A stretch of 63,862 nucleotides of DNA, filler included, from Rhabdomonas costata (taxonomy: Eukaryota): the NCBI GenBank assembly GCA_019059605.1. It is 44 parts of 44 records of this genome, joined end to end, with 100 filler letters (N's around TTAATTAATTAA, not from the genome) between each part and the next. Parts side by side here need not be neighbours in the genome. Positions count along the whole stretch, not along the records: positions 39,264 to 40,615 come from JAHMHO010018431.1; positions 40,716 to 42,069 come from JAHMHO010018432.1; positions 42,170 to 43,522 come from JAHMHO010018433.1; positions 43,623 to 44,976 come from JAHMHO010018434.1; positions 45,077 to 46,429 come from JAHMHO010018435.1; positions 46,530 to 47,882 come from JAHMHO010018436.1; positions 47,983 to 49,337 come from JAHMHO010018437.1; positions 49,438 to 50,790 come from JAHMHO010018438.1; 36 more parts are not named here. One strand, given 5' to 3'. The position numbers and the translations under genes are program-made. Under the pieces are notes generated by a model that ran no database searches, was not told where the DNA came from, and was given only the letters and a program-made list of their open reading frames with translations. Numbering within the stretch: position 1 is the stretch's first letter; every line of letters starts with the position of its first letter. Below, piece by piece: positions 40,481 to 53,803 of the stretch.

Positions 40481-41709
40481 GTAAGCAGCCCAACCTTCCC
40501 CATCTTCCTCACCTATCATCTGCACTCAGAGCAGTCTTAAGTCTTTCGAGACCTTTTGGTGGCTTTTTTTATTCTCTCCTGCCCACCTGTGCGAAGTGTA
40601 ATGCAACACCACACCNNNNNNNNNNNNNNNNNNNNNNNNNNNNNNNNNNNNNNNNNNNNTTAATTAATTAANNNNNNNNNNNNNNNNNNNNNNNNNNNNN
40701 NNNNNNNNNNNNNNNTGGTGGGTGTGGTTGGGGGTGGGGTGGGATGCATAGAATGCTCACTCAGTTGGGAGTAAGGGGTAAACACTGGTTCGGATACTGT
40801 GAGGCACCGAAATCGGCTGGAGTCCATATTCACGGTCTACCACGCTGGTCTCGCTCAAACGTGAGCGTGAAGGCGACTCTGGCCCCATTCCCAACGAGAA
40901 CTTCCCCAGTGAACATGGTTAGTTGGGGATTGATCGGTTGACCGTCCCGTTCAGTTGCGAAAATTGGGATGACGACAGATAAAGGTCACACACGCTTGTA
41001 CTGCATGACGTTAGAAAAAGACGAAAGAGACACTTCTTCAAGACTTCCAAGAGTCCGCAACTGACTCGCAAACTGAGGAGTTCTTATTTGATCGGGTACA
41101 ACCACGGCAACAAGCTTTCATATCTGCGGCCGAAAGAACGCCCCCCCCCCCCGAAATGCAATTGCCCCCCTTTTTTCACTTCAAAACCGTCCGAAACCTT
41201 TGTGACGGCGGGGATCAAGGAGAGAGGGGGAGGGAAGCACAATTGGACTCGTTTCAAACAGAGCGTGCCTCCGAATTTCAGTCAAGGGTCTTTGATGGTG
41301 GTAATTCCCTTGATGTTGCGTCGGTGCTTTGTGGGATATCTCGGTGCCAATGTTTCGTTACTACGTCCTATTTTTACTGTCTTGGTGACTCGTGGGCCTT
41401 ACCCAGGAACCCACCCCACAGAGTGAATATTTCTTTTAGAAATTGTTCGACATTCGGCAAAATTTCTTTTATGTCTTCAAACTTCCTCCTTACGTACACA
41501 TTTTACATGACAGCAGGGGTGAATAAGTTCGCACCAAAGAACAAACAATGTCTAGCAAACCACCCAGCAAGTGACTTCCTGTAACTCCGGATGAGCCCAC
41601 AAGAGTGAGAAAAATGGAGGGGTCCACACCAAGGGGCGTGGAGGGTCCAGCAGGACCAGCTCCCGCGAGGATTGCCGTCTTTGTGCACGACGAGCGCCCA
41701 GGTACAGCA

Positions 41710-41900
41710 CCCCTTCATACTCAGCAAACTACCCAGCGGCAGCACCAGCTACGACTCCGGCGCCACGGAGTACCTCGAGATGTCCACTCAGGGCTGCACT
41801 TCGACGTGGAACATTGCCCAATGCCCCGTTCTATCTAGGTACGGGTTTATCGTGGTGCTGGTGACAGACCACCAGTCTGCGCGGCCGACTTCCCTACGAA
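41710..41900 (-). pseudogene. NAD:arginine ADP-ribosyltransferase-like (R-S-ExE) remnant
   Basis: WWSVTSTT...YLDRTGHWAMFHVEVQP*VDISRYSVAPES*LVLPLGSLL resembles WW.FSS.T...RTLF.IE..G.DIS.YS.FP.E.E.LL.PG. TGA at 41788-41790 and TAG at 41749-41751. Confidence 0.7.
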
Positions 41901-42281
41901 TGCCAGCAATGACTGACGACCGACACATCCGACACTTTTCATCAAAGTCATCCAAATCTTAAACGGTCTCGGACAGCTCAGCCAATCAAACCTGCCCCTG
42001 CCCGAAGAATAGATTTTAAGCAGGGCATTCTCACGTTATTCCCAGAAATGAGGAAACGATGAGACAAGTNNNNNNNNNNNNNNNNNNNNNNNNNNNNNNN
42101 NNNNNNNNNNNNNTTAATTAATTAANNNNNNNNNNNNNNNNNNNNNNNNNNNNNNNNNNNNNNNNNNNNCTTTGGAAAGACTCTCGTCGGGGGAGAGGGC
42201 GTGTCACTGGAATTTGAGAATTTGAGAATGAGTTTCCTGTTCCCCGAAAGCAAGCCAAAATCATGCCACCTTGTTTCCCAG

Positions 42282-43375
42282 AATGGTGCATGCTGTTAAC
42301 CTCAACGAAAACAACATTGGTGATGGCGGTGCAGAATCCATCGCGGAGCTTCTGAACTGTATGAGTTTCGCCATCTTGCAAAAGTCTAAGATGTCTTTGC
42401 AGAATGGGATTTTTGTGACGTGGTTGCTATGTCTCTGTGTGTCTGCTTGGTTCTTCGCTTTGACAAAATTATTCAGAGATTTTGCCTTTGGGATCCAAAA
42501 AGAAATTTTTTGGGGTTGCCTTTTGGAGCTAATTTTGCACCTCCCCCACCCCCTTCATTTTTTGGTTGCATTTTTGCCCATTTTCCGGGAATTTTTATGG
42601 GTTGATGAAGTGGTTGTTCACAGCTACTGAAATGAATCGCGATCGTGATCGTGAATCCCTGGTTATTTTAATTTTTGAAGCGAATGTGAATTCTGCAACC
42701 GGCTGTTGCTGATAAGGGAAGGGAGACTTACTTTAGTTGGTAGTTTGTATCGAATCTAACAGACTCCCGAATTTTCAGATTTTGTCTCATCTGAAATCTT
42801 GCTTTCTTCTCGAGCAAGAGACCAACCAGAGGTGCTTCTGCTTCTCTGCTTACTCTGGTGGACGACGCGCACCGTGGGTGTGAGGAAGGCGGAATAAGCG
42901 TGCGTTCCCACAGGCAACACAATGGTCTCCACCATTGGGATGCGGGGCAACGGAATTACCGCGAAAGGCGCCCTGCACCTGGCTGCCGCGCTGCTGGCGC
43001 GCACCAGTTCACTCACTGGCTTGGACCTGGGTGTGCGAGTGTGGTGTGTAAAGGAGGCTGCTGTGTTTACCCCACCTCTACTCTTTGCGCTCCCACACTC
43101 TCCACAAAACACAGACGTGCTGTTGTGTCGTTGTTGCCTGCCTGGTGAAACACACCCGAAAAATAGCACAGACTGGCCGGGACAGCCTTTTCCTCTATTG
43201 CGGCTTAAGCCCCACTTCCTTTTGAAGCAAAAATTGCCTACTGTGTTTGTAGTTGCTTCTTTTTGTCGTGGCACACATCCTTTTCAAAATGGTTTTACCT
43301 CACTTTCTTTCCCCCGTTTTTTTTTTTTGCATTTGTTTTTCTTCTTCTCAGGGGAGAACCAGTTGTGCACCGAAG
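42282..43375 (+). CDS. RNI/NLRC3-like LRR protein, 3 exons (42282-42358, 42914-43030, 43352-43375)
   Basis: VNLNENNIGDGGAESIAELLN|CNTMVSTIGMRGNGITAKGALHLAAAL...SLTGLDL|GENQLCTE. All joins are GT-AG and in phase. Confidence 0.88.
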
Positions 43376-45091
43376 GTACAGGGCGCAACTGTTTTTTCGG
43401 TGGCGGGGGGGGGTCACCCATTATGATGGCTGTGACATCTGCTTGTGTGTGACATCTCCTTTCTCTTCCTTTCCTTTGCTGACTGCTGTGCACAACCCTG
43501 AAACTGTTTCCTCTGCAAGTTGNNNNNNNNNNNNNNNNNNNNNNNNNNNNNNNNNNNNNNNNNNNNTTAATTAATTAANNNNNNNNNNNNNNNNNNNNNN
43601 NNNNNNNNNNNNNNNNNNNNNNGTGTTGGGTGTGTGTGGTTGTGTGGGGAAGGGGTCCATGGTGTGTCTATCACTTTGGTGTTGATGTGTGTGTGTGGTT
43701 TAAAATCGACTGTGATCTGAAGGCCCTGTTTGTGTGTGCTTGTGTTTGTGTGTGTGTGTTCGCGCGCGCATGTAATCCTGTCCGCGCTGAGTCGGGAGCC
43801 TGTGATGACTACTTGGGTGGCTTTTTGCGACCGCTGTGTGTGGTGCGCGGGTTTTCGTAGAATGACGGATCATTCGATCCCTCTCCTTCACCCCAGCAGG
43901 TACATACGGATCCACCCCTTTTGCAAGAAGGGGAGGCCTTCGCGCTGTAGTTTTTTTAAAAGTTATTTTTCGAGTTATTTTTGCACAAACTTCGTCGGCT
44001 CAGCCCCAATGGACGCACCATGTGAAGGACACCCAACATCGGTTTGCAGGGGAGGATGTTGGTTGGTTTCGGCCGTGATAGCATGATAGCATAAGGGAAA
44101 AGGTGTGTTCGTGTAAAGGAGGTCGGATAAGCAACTGAAAGGAGCTCAGTTGTTTAGCTGAGGCAGCAATGGTGAGTTTGACTGGCGTGTCTGGCTCCTG
44201 ATTTCCGGTGTGTGCATGTCTGCGACCACATACGAGTGGCGTTGCGGTGGTGTCGTATTTTTTCTTTGTTTTGTGTGCAGAGGCGTGTTCGGTGTCTTTG
44301 TACAATGTGCGTGTCTGTGTGCTGAATGAAAATGCACTGTGGCCTTTTGGCGGCCTTTCACAATAACAATACCGCCGATGTGGTGGGGTGGTGAAGGTTG
44401 GACCGGCCTGGTCTTTTAGCTCCCGCAGGCCGCCTTCTTTTTCCACTTTCCGAATTTCCTTTGGGTTAGCAGCGTGCACCCGGAATCACTTTGCAGAGCC
44501 TTGCTACTGCAACCGCAAACCATCGGTGCCCCCCACCCCACCCGGAGTCTGCCTGGGATGGTATCTCCGGAGTCACCACAGCGGGTTTGCGTGGATAATT
44601 GAAGGTGTGCGTTACTGCTCTACACGCTTACCCCTTTCTTAGTTCCACTTCTTTTTGCGCAGCTTTGTGTGGTTCAGATGCTTGTTTGTGATTGTGTGAG
44701 GTGATGCTCTGCCCTTCCCTCCGCCCCTCCGCCCTTTCCTCACTCCGATACACTACACCATCTCACCGCTAGCCTTCCAGCCTTATGCTGAAGATCACTG
44801 CCGTTTCTTAAAACAGCGTTCCTATTGGAAAAAAATGGTTGTGGTTTCCGGCAGTGAGACCGCTTCAAAACAGTATGTCAGCCTTTTTTCATAGTGGTTT
44901 TAAAAAGCTTGGAAATTAAGCGTGATAAAGACGTAAAGGACGTGGGTTTTGGAATTGAAAGGCTGGACCACCCACANNNNNNNNNNNNNNNNNNNNNNNN
45001 NNNNNNNNNNNNNNNNNNNNTTAATTAATTAANNNNNNNNNNNNNNNNNNNNNNNNNNNNNNNNNNNNNNNNNNNNGGTTGGTGGTCCTTG

Positions 45092-45223
45092 AGCGGGATG
45101 CAAGTGGATGGGTACATATGGGGAACAGGGGGCTGGTGGAGGCGCTTGCTCCGCCGTGGGGTTTTGCTTAAGAACCCATCGGTGGGGCATCGGTAATTGT
45201 GAAGCGGGATGCAAGTGGATGGG
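45092..45223 (+). repeat. 21-bp direct repeat AGCGGGATGCAAGTGGATGGG (45092-45112, 45203-45223)
   Basis: Two exact copies separated by 90 nt. Confidence 0.85.
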
Positions 45224-46534
45224 CTCGAAAAATAGCCGCAGGTGTTGTCCAAGTATCAAACGAAAAACCACAATCCAGAGAAAACTACTGTCGGCAGAAG
45301 CGCAAAAGAAGCGTTTTGCATTTCTTCCAGCCAACCGCTTTCTTAACATCCAAGACAAAGGTATGTCAAGGTCAAAACTTCCCTTTGCAAATCCTTTCAA
45401 ATCCTCTCGCGTGAGTGGTTAAATACCGGAGCTTGGTACCCACAGATTGGACCCACAGAGCACGGGAGTGAGCGGGGCACGAATAATTTCTTAGTTTGAA
45501 GCCAGCAACTCACAGAGTGGACCCGAAGATACCTGGGCTGGCACTGGCTACCTGCCCAAGGAATTGATATGGCACCACATGGTTTTGATAATGTGTGACT
45601 TGACCACAAACGCTGGGAGACTCCTTTGCAGCACCCCCCGCCAAAAAAAAATACACGGCGGCCACGGCCACGCATTGCAATAGACAGACAGCTATCCCTA
45701 AGAAGCACCGACAAATCCGCAAACTCGCTGCAAGCAAACATACTTCCGGATATGCCCTACAATCCATGTCATGGGTCTGGCTCGGGGAAACCGGGGAAGG
45801 CACTGCAAAACCATGGAGATGCACAGTCACACAGTACGCACTGGTTCTGCACGTTTTCAGCAAAGAGAAACAGTACAAGAGAACAATGGAAAGGAAGACC
45901 ATAGCAGAGAACTGCATCGAAGGAGGTCGGCAGGAGGGGGACGGAGGATGTGTGTGGGGAGGCACTGGTGGTGAGCTACTACCACCAAGACTAACGGCAC
46001 TGGGTTGGAACAAAAGTGGATTGCGTTAAAAAATGGTTCGGTCGGGCCACTCGCGCAAGGGCTGAGTCTGCGTCCGATTGTGCAAAAGCGCGGAAGGAGA
46101 ATTTCCCCCATGGCCGCAACTGCCACCAGACTCACTGCCTTGGCTCCTCTCTGAAAAGAAGGCGATGCAAGGCGATGCAAATGAATCTCTTCGCGACACC
46201 AGTGACAGGACCACGGTAACCGTGTGAACGCATCCCCCACTAAGTTTCAGCATCATCATCTGTGTCATCCGGGCAGTCTATAAGCTCCGGTTACTCCACA
46301 AACACGTCATCATTTTTGTGTTTCAAGTTTGCAAATCTGCATGCAGTACGAGCCCTCCAAAGCTCGCACGTAGTTTTCAGTTTTACGATTCCTTTTACAT
46401 TTCTGAGGTTCTAAATGCTCACCAACAACNNNNNNNNNNNNNNNNNNNNNNNNNNNNNNNNNNNNNNNNNNNNTTAATTAATTAANNNNNNNNNNNNNNN
46501 NNNNNNNNNNNNNNNNNNNNNNNNNNNNNGTGTT

Positions 46535-46665
46535 GGGGGGCACACGCAGCTTTCACCTTCTCTCTCTATCTCTCTCCTCTTGCCTCAGACCTCTTACTAA
46601 AGCAGAGAGTTATGAGGCAAGAGGAGAGAGATAGAGAGAGAAGGTGAAAGCTGCGTGTGTCCCCC
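46535..46665. repeat. 53-bp inverted repeat (46535-46587 / 46613-46665) in an intron
   Basis: CACACGCAGCTTTCACCTTCTCTCTCTATCTCTCTCCTCTTGCCTCA and its reverse complement, with a 25-nt loop and 1 outer mismatch. Confidence 0.93.
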
Positions 46666-46689
46666 GAGTAAGAATCCACAGAACAACAC

Positions 46690-46857
46690 CTGTGCAGCTG
46701 CCCGTCCTGTTCCAGAAGGCAGTCTCCATGCAAGTCAGCTTTCCTCCCCGCATGTAGCCCGGTAGGCAGCCAAAGCTGCAGTTCAGCCCCGTGGTCGTGT
46801 TCGAGCAGCTCGGGGTGCCGGCATTTTCCGGAGCGCTGGGCGTGCCGCAGTCCACCA
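46690..46857 (-). CDS. Sushi/CCP domain exon
   Basis: VDCGTPSAPENA....C...TTGLNCSFGCLPGY...G.LTC....FWNRTGSC. A 168-nt exon with AG/GT ends, phase 1-1. Confidence 0.85.
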
Positions 46858-49800
46858 CTGAAGAGACCAAAACAGAGCAGCGAAGAAAATGGGCTTGCAG
46901 GTGCATTCCGGACGCAATCTTTTTGTGCCATATGGCCCATGACCTGCACTGTAAACCGCTGTAAAAGGCAAGATAGGGAAAACCCAACAACAGGCAACAG
47001 AAGAGCAGAAGTGTGCAACTCAGGACATGATGTCAGAGCGAATCGGTCTTGTGGTTGGCGTGCACTCAATTCACTCAGTGCTGAAAAAGAACGTCTGCAA
47101 ACACTTCCGGAGGGCTGACACGTTTGAAGCGTCCGCTTTTTTCGGAAACGTTTTTCTGCAGAGAAACAGACAAGTTTTCAACCGAGCCGGCCCCAGTTGT
47201 GCGCAGGGATGAGTTGTGCGCGTGCCGCCGCAGGATGGCTTTTCTTTCCATCATCCCACTCCCTCACCTGTGTTTTTGTGTGCGTTTCCTTTCCGTCTTT
47301 TTCATCGCACACGCATACAAAAACGCGAACAAATCAAAACAACTGTCCCTAAGTCAAAGAAGAAAACGAAGGCAGAATCCAACTGCTTACAATACTTTCG
47401 CTTTCACCTCGTACCACTTCATTTGGTTTTTATAGGGAAACGTCCGACCTCATTCAGTGGATTGTACATCACCTCTTATCGAAAGTTTCAAAAAAGAGTC
47501 CAGTAGGAATGATAACCCTAGTCATGTTTCCACTCATATTGGCCGCATTTTTCTCCTTGTGCCCATTTTTGAGATCTATATGTTTTTTTCTGAATGTCGC
47601 CTCACGGGTGTCGATGTTGGGTCCGAAACCTTGAGGGCAGTGTGCCACCATTGGGACTAACGCAACATTTTTTGAACCGAATGGTGACGAAAAGGCTTCT
47701 AAATTGTTGTCTGTTTCAAGTTCCTTGCTAATTCGAGGTTTGAAAAATTACCATCAAAACAAAAAGCACTCAAAACTGAAAAATGAGGAGGAAGGCATAC
47801 CCACAAGGCTGTATTCTTGGCTGAAGGCACCACCTCCGAGAGACCGCCCCCCTGCGGTGAGTAGGTTGTCGCCCACCCTGGTNNNNNNNNNNNNNNNNNN
47901 NNNNNNNNNNNNNNNNNNNNNNNNNNTTAATTAATTAANNNNNNNNNNNNNNNNNNNNNNNNNNNNNNNNNNNNNNNNNNNNGTTGGGTGGTGGGCAATT
48001 TGTGGCATTGGCCCAATTGTGCTTTGTGCAGCACAAGAGAGAAAGGTGAAGGCGGAGAAGTAGGTTTGTGTGGGAGGGGAAGCCTGCCTTCCCTATGCTC
48101 CTCACTGCGGGGACAGGCGGTGCCGAAGAAGATCCACTCAAAGGTGGCGATCAGCCGAGGAATCCCAGGCTCTCTCAGGTAGGCCCTCAGCAGTGACTCC
48201 CCTGGTTCTACGGGGCCCAGCAGCTGCCCCCCACACACAGCAAGGGCAAGTAGACAGAGCAGCAGGCGGCATGTCACCACAGCCCGCAAAGTACCATGTT
48301 CCATTCAGCGCACAGCACAGAGGGAGGGCGAAAATGAGAGAACCCTCCCCCTCCCCCAGAATGAGAGATGCTGCAGTGAAAAGTTTCAGCTGGAGACGTG
48401 GAGCTTGAGGCCAAACCGGTTAGAAAAAATTAGACGGCAAAGGTGGTGTGTACAGGCACTGATTGGTGGGCCCTCGACATGTCCTTTCCTGCATGTTTGT
48501 TCATGGTCTGCACAGGGTCACAACCCGCTTCTTTGCGCTGTCCAATAGCAACACAAACCTTAAAATTAGAGAATTCCACTGCCTCATCGAATGCTGCGGC
48601 AACGTTTCCAGCGGATAAATGGGTCATAAGGTTGCAGGACTCCGTCCATATCCGGTGGTCAGGTGACCCTGACGAACCCTGACGAATTCCATTCCATTCA
48701 ACTCGCAGTTTTCACACAAGGCACAAAACAAATGTCATGATCACATCCCAAATGAAAGGCGCACAGACCGCGGCACTCATTTCCAGAGCCTAAGGAGCTC
48801 TATTTCGCAGTCAACTTCACCATGAATGCTCCGCCCCAAGGGCATGAAACGCCCGCCGTTGCCGACCGCCAGTATCATGGCAGGCACCACTCCGCCCGCT
48901 CGCAGAAGACCGCCTCGGCCTGGGTCCTGCTCCTGCAGGTATCGAGCCAATCGTTCGGCAAAAGGGCACAAGCCACCAGCCAGCAGTGGGAAGCGGCACC
49001 GCGCACATCCGCCAGGGCTTACGTCGAGGAGCCCCAGTGAGGCGGCTGTGGCGCTGAGGGCAAAGGGAACTGGGGCATACCCCACCCCGCCACAGACCCC
49101 GCAGGACTGGAAGTCACCACCAGAGGGGCGGTGTAGCCCTGGGGCAGCGCCGTGCTCAGCGGTCTGGCCAGCCCTCTCGCTGAGCCTGCAGCGGGGACCT
49201 GAAAAGGCATCACATAAAAGAGCACTACCTGTAATCGGCGAAAAAAAGAAAAAGGGAGGCCGAATATGAAACACAAAGAACTGGAACACGTATCAAGTAT
49301 CGACGACAAACAAATGCGGCGTGTCAGAACCACCACANNNNNNNNNNNNNNNNNNNNNNNNNNNNNNNNNNNNNNNNNNNNTTAATTAATTAANNNNNNN
49401 NNNNNNNNNNNNNNNNNNNNNNNNNNNNNNNNNNNNNTTTTTTTCAGCTGCAACGCACCCAAGGCCGAAGGACAAGAAAGAACTTTCGAAATGCCACCGG
49501 GTAGTGTGTGAAGGCTGTGTGGCGCGAGGTGTTCAGGAAGTAGTTAATTGTTAACCATAAACCATCAGGAAAAAACAAGGACCCCCTGAGTTTACGGTCC
49601 AATGTACTGTGCGGTGCAATTTACGTGAGACGAAGTGCTCTAGCTTTGCTTCAGGCAAAGGATGATATTCCGTGGCTCTATGCTGCCTGCTGGCAAGTCA
49701 CAAATATATAGGAATGCAAACAGGAATGAGGAGCACGATGAGCAGGCACCGAAAACTGCAAAAGAACAGAAGCGCTAAAAAGCAGCTTGTCAAAATTACA

Positions 49801-51113
49801 GGAGACACACTGGCATTTCCTCCAGGTTTTCCATTTCCTCCAGGGCTGTTACAATATCATTCTGTGCACAGATCATCTGTCGTGACCTCAGCAGAAACCC
49901 AATCCATCATACTGACAAAGGCCTCGACTGCCTGCTTCCTCTTGCATATCATGTCCACGATGGGGTTGTCTTCGAGTCTTTCGTGATGAGAGAGACCAGA
50001 GAGCCACTGGGGGGCAAGTTACGGCCCTCACACCAGTCCATCACCAAGCTGGGTGCGCAGAGTGGAGAACACACTGCAGCACATGGCAGGGAGGGCTAAA
50101 GTTCTCACACAGATGTCTCACTGGGCCGACTTATGCTCGGACTTCGATTTAAGTTTTAAGTAACAGCAAAGCGTAAAGCGTATAGGCTGACCAGCAATGA
50201 CTTAGAAGAATAAGGTAAGAGGTGAAACACTTTTAAGCCCACACTTACACAGGAAGAAATAAACTCCTCAAATTGGGACCGAAAACGGGGAAACGGAAGC
50301 CCCGCATCAACTAGACTGCTTGCCCGCTGAACCGAAGCGTAAATCAAGATGAAGAGAAGGAAAGAACTGTATCATCGGACCAAAAGTCACTCCCCTCCCA
50401 TAGGACAGGAAGACAGAAGCCCCATACTCCGCACAAAAACTCAGCGGGGTCCACGTGCTCCGGTCCGCTGTGGGCATTGCCGAGCGATTCATTGGGGTGT
50501 CCAAAGTCATCCTGGGTGGTTGGGCGCAAAGCAGGTAAGCAGGGTGTCCCACTAAAATGATAAATATACTTTTCCAATAAAACCTTTCAATAAAACCCCC
50601 TTTTTGCTTTTTTACCGAATGGTTTGGCCAGTCAGCACCCGGGTCCGACCTGGGGTCCGCCGCAGAAGTACGCCGAGCTCTGACCAGGGAGCTGGGCACG
50701 CGTAAAGTGCTTCCTGCCCAGACCATTACCCGATGGTCCCGGGGCCTTGAGGACACCCGAGGCACCAGGACCGTCGGCAACCACAAACAANNNNNNNNNN
50801 NNNNNNNNNNNNNNNNNNNNNNNNNNNNNNNNNNTTAATTAATTAANNNNNNNNNNNNNNNNNNNNNNNNNNNNNNNNNNNNNNNNNNNNAGAAAATTTT
50901 TTTACACCCAAGGAAACCACACTGCGGGTAGCATTCCGAAATGCAGCGCTTTCCAAAAAAATGTTTGAACAATCTTTCATTCAAACAAGAAAATTGTGAC
51001 TTCGTTCTTTTTTATGCATGGATTTGGATGCATGGATGCATGGCATTTGAAAGAAACACGACCGGAATGTGAAGAGAAGACGAATGTTGAATTTCGGCAT
51101 TGCGCTGGCATAG

Positions 51114-51574
51114 GCTTCGTCCATGGTGATCTCAAGCCTGAAAACCTGGCACTCTCCAAGGATGGGGTACTGACTCTCACTGACGTCGATACGGTGCTTC
51201 ACGTCGGAGATCCCTTCGTGCACAGCACCGCTATATATGCGCCGCCAGAGCAGCTCCCAGCGGAGTATCTCCCGGTTCCCCAAAAGGCGAGCTCCAAAGC
51301 CGACATTTGGGCCGCGACCGTTATTCTTCTGGAGTGCTGTCTTCGGGACACCCCCCGTGCCGTCTCCCTGGTAGATTTTCCTTGGCAATGGTGGACTGAC
51401 CTTGACAATCCGGAAGACCCAATGGTGAGACCTGAGCTGAGCGTTTTCATCCCCCCTCTGCAGAGATGCCTGAGAGATAGGCCCTCGGTGGAGGACTTGC
51501 CGCGGAGTGGGTGGCTGCGAGGGTTGGCACCGACTCAGCAGGTCTGTGTGATACGAGGCAATGCAGCAATGTAA
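51114..51574 (+). CDS. Divergent protein kinase C-lobe exon
   Basis: TAG acceptor, then GFVHGDLKPENL...LTLTDVD...TAIYAPPE...KADIWA...RCLRDRPS. Confidence 0.85.
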
Positions 51575-53348
51575 GCAGCGATTCTTTTCTTGCAAGTTGT
51601 AAAAGTGAACTGACACAACTCCATGTAAAACATCGTTATGGAAAAAAGGACAGGAAAGGAAAGGCTTTTGTCACTAAAAGTTCAGCACCAGTGCCCCCAT
51701 TGATGGCTGTATGCCCCATTGGGTGCGCCCTCTTTGTTGCACAGTTGGGGGGGGGCGGGCATTAGACTTGTAAGGCTGTTGGACCTCAAACAACGTTTGA
51801 CGTCTAACGCCTCGTAACCCCAGACCTCCTCCATAGGTGTCTCACCTCCTAACCTCCTGCAAGCCTCTTTTGGAATCTTAAAGGGCACGTATCTCGCGCG
51901 AGCGTTACAATTGAAAGGGGACACGCCCACGCGATGTTCTTCAGACATGTGTTAGAAGTCTAGCGCCGTGAGACGGACGACCCCCCCCCCTCCTCCCGAA
52001 CGATTAAAAAAGAGCAATACTGATGATGTAAACCATGGTAGGGATCATGAAACTGTCCAAAAGAGAGCCACAATTCTCGATATTAGCAAAAAAAGAAATT
52101 TATCCTGCGACTGCACAACGGTTTTATTAGTGTTTCGGGGGATGGGGGGGAGACAGCTTTTCCATCGCCGGCTTTCCCAACAGTCCAAAACACAGCTGAC
52201 ACACTAGAAAAAAACTGCAGAACAATCGATGGTTCCTAAAAATNNNNNNNNNNNNNNNNNNNNNNNNNNNNNNNNNNNNNNNNNNNNTTAATTAATTAAN
52301 NNNNNNNNNNNNNNNNNNNNNNNNNNNNNNNNNNNNNNNNNNNGTTGGGGGTGTGAAGTTGACACGCAGAGGGGCGCCCCATTACACGTTTGCTTTTGTG
52401 GGAGAATTGGATTGGGAAGTGGAGGGTTAGGGGGTGTTGGTAAACGTTTTTTTTTGGATTCCTGGTGACGGATTCCTTGGCATTTGTTGTGGACTTGCGG
52501 AGGGCGTAGTCTTAAAATGAGTTGCTTCGGTTTCAGTCTCCGTAATTGCGAACAGTTGTTTGAGAGCACATAGCAGGAGGTTCCTCTCCCCGATGCGAAC
52601 GCACTCAGGCTCAGGGCGGTCAGTTGTCTTTGACCGGATCTTTATCCTTGGGAGTTCCCCTTGTCCCTTCTCTCACAGAATGGGAGCTGGATTGACAGAC
52701 AAACTCGGGCTGTTTTGGTCGAGTTTTCCCTGTTCAACCCTAACCTCAGGTCCTAGTGCCTTGACTTGTATCATGATCGGTTGTCTGCATCGCTACCCTC
52801 ACTTACTTCCGCTCTCTCTTTCGAATTTTTGCCCTTCCGCTCGTTGACCACACACCAGGAAACCTGAAGTGCTAGTATGCGCTGTCTTTGCCCTCTTTGG
52901 ATGGCAGGATGCTCACTCCCGTGCTTTCAATTATGGAGTTCGTCCCTTCGGGAGGCATTGACAGTTGGAGCATGAACTACCCGCTTCGAATCATGAGGTA
53001 TCCTCCTGCTCGAGGAGGGGGAGGAGTGCTCTCGGTAAGGTAAGTGTCAGAAGTCATGCGAGGTTCCAATTGAAGCCCTGGGAACGTGAGAATGGCAGGC
53101 CCGTGACATGTTTCAAAAGTTCTCGTTTTGCAGAGGGTAAAAAATATGTGGTCTGGTTTACGGTGTAACCTGCTATACGTCTGCCCGTGCAAACTCATTT
53201 TGCATCGTTTATGATGCATACCATTGTGCGCGTACGTCCCCGTCCTTTGTTGTCTCGATTTGACAAATCGTGGACACCTGCCCTGCTGAAGTTTTCTGAA
53301 AAAGACGACGCCATCTTTCACGCGCTGGCACACGTACACACATACATG

Positions 53349-53406
53349 CATTAAAAGCAGCTTGGCGCACACACGCACACACGCACGCACATTAAAAGCA
53401 GCTTGG
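53349..53406 (+). repeat. 17-bp direct repeat CATTAAAAGCAGCTTGG flanking a CA/CG-rich simple repeat
   Basis: Copies at 53349-53365 and 53390-53406. Confidence 0.85.
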
Positions 53407-53803
53407 GGCGATGCCGATGCGCCAGCTTACATGATTTCCACGACGCGCAAATTACCCCAAAAGCTACAAACTCTAAAGGCCTCAAAAGGCCCCCCCCCCA
53501 AAAAAAGACAAAAAAGAAGGCCTCTGTGGCTGCTGCTGACCGAAGCATTGTCGTGCCATACGAAATGCTCCTGGGCTCCGACGGGCTCACTATGCGTGCC
53601 TGCAGATCCCCTACCATGGGCTTTGCCTCAGCCAGAATGCTATGCGCACCGCTTTCACATACCTGAGAGCTCTGGGTGGAGGGACTGAGAGATTAGNNNN
53701 NNNNNNNNNNNNNNNNNNNNNNNNNNNNNNNNNNNNNNNNTTAATTAATTAANNNNNNNNNNNNNNNNNNNNNNNNNNNNNNNNNNNNNNNNNNNNTTGT
53801 TGG

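Noticed and set aside
50020-50060. LVMDWCEG (minus strand) as a kinase hinge micro-exon
   Set aside because: Too short, and no other kinase motifs are on the contig.
50981-51616. 211-aa minus-strand ORF
   Set aside because: It is the antisense of the kinase exon.
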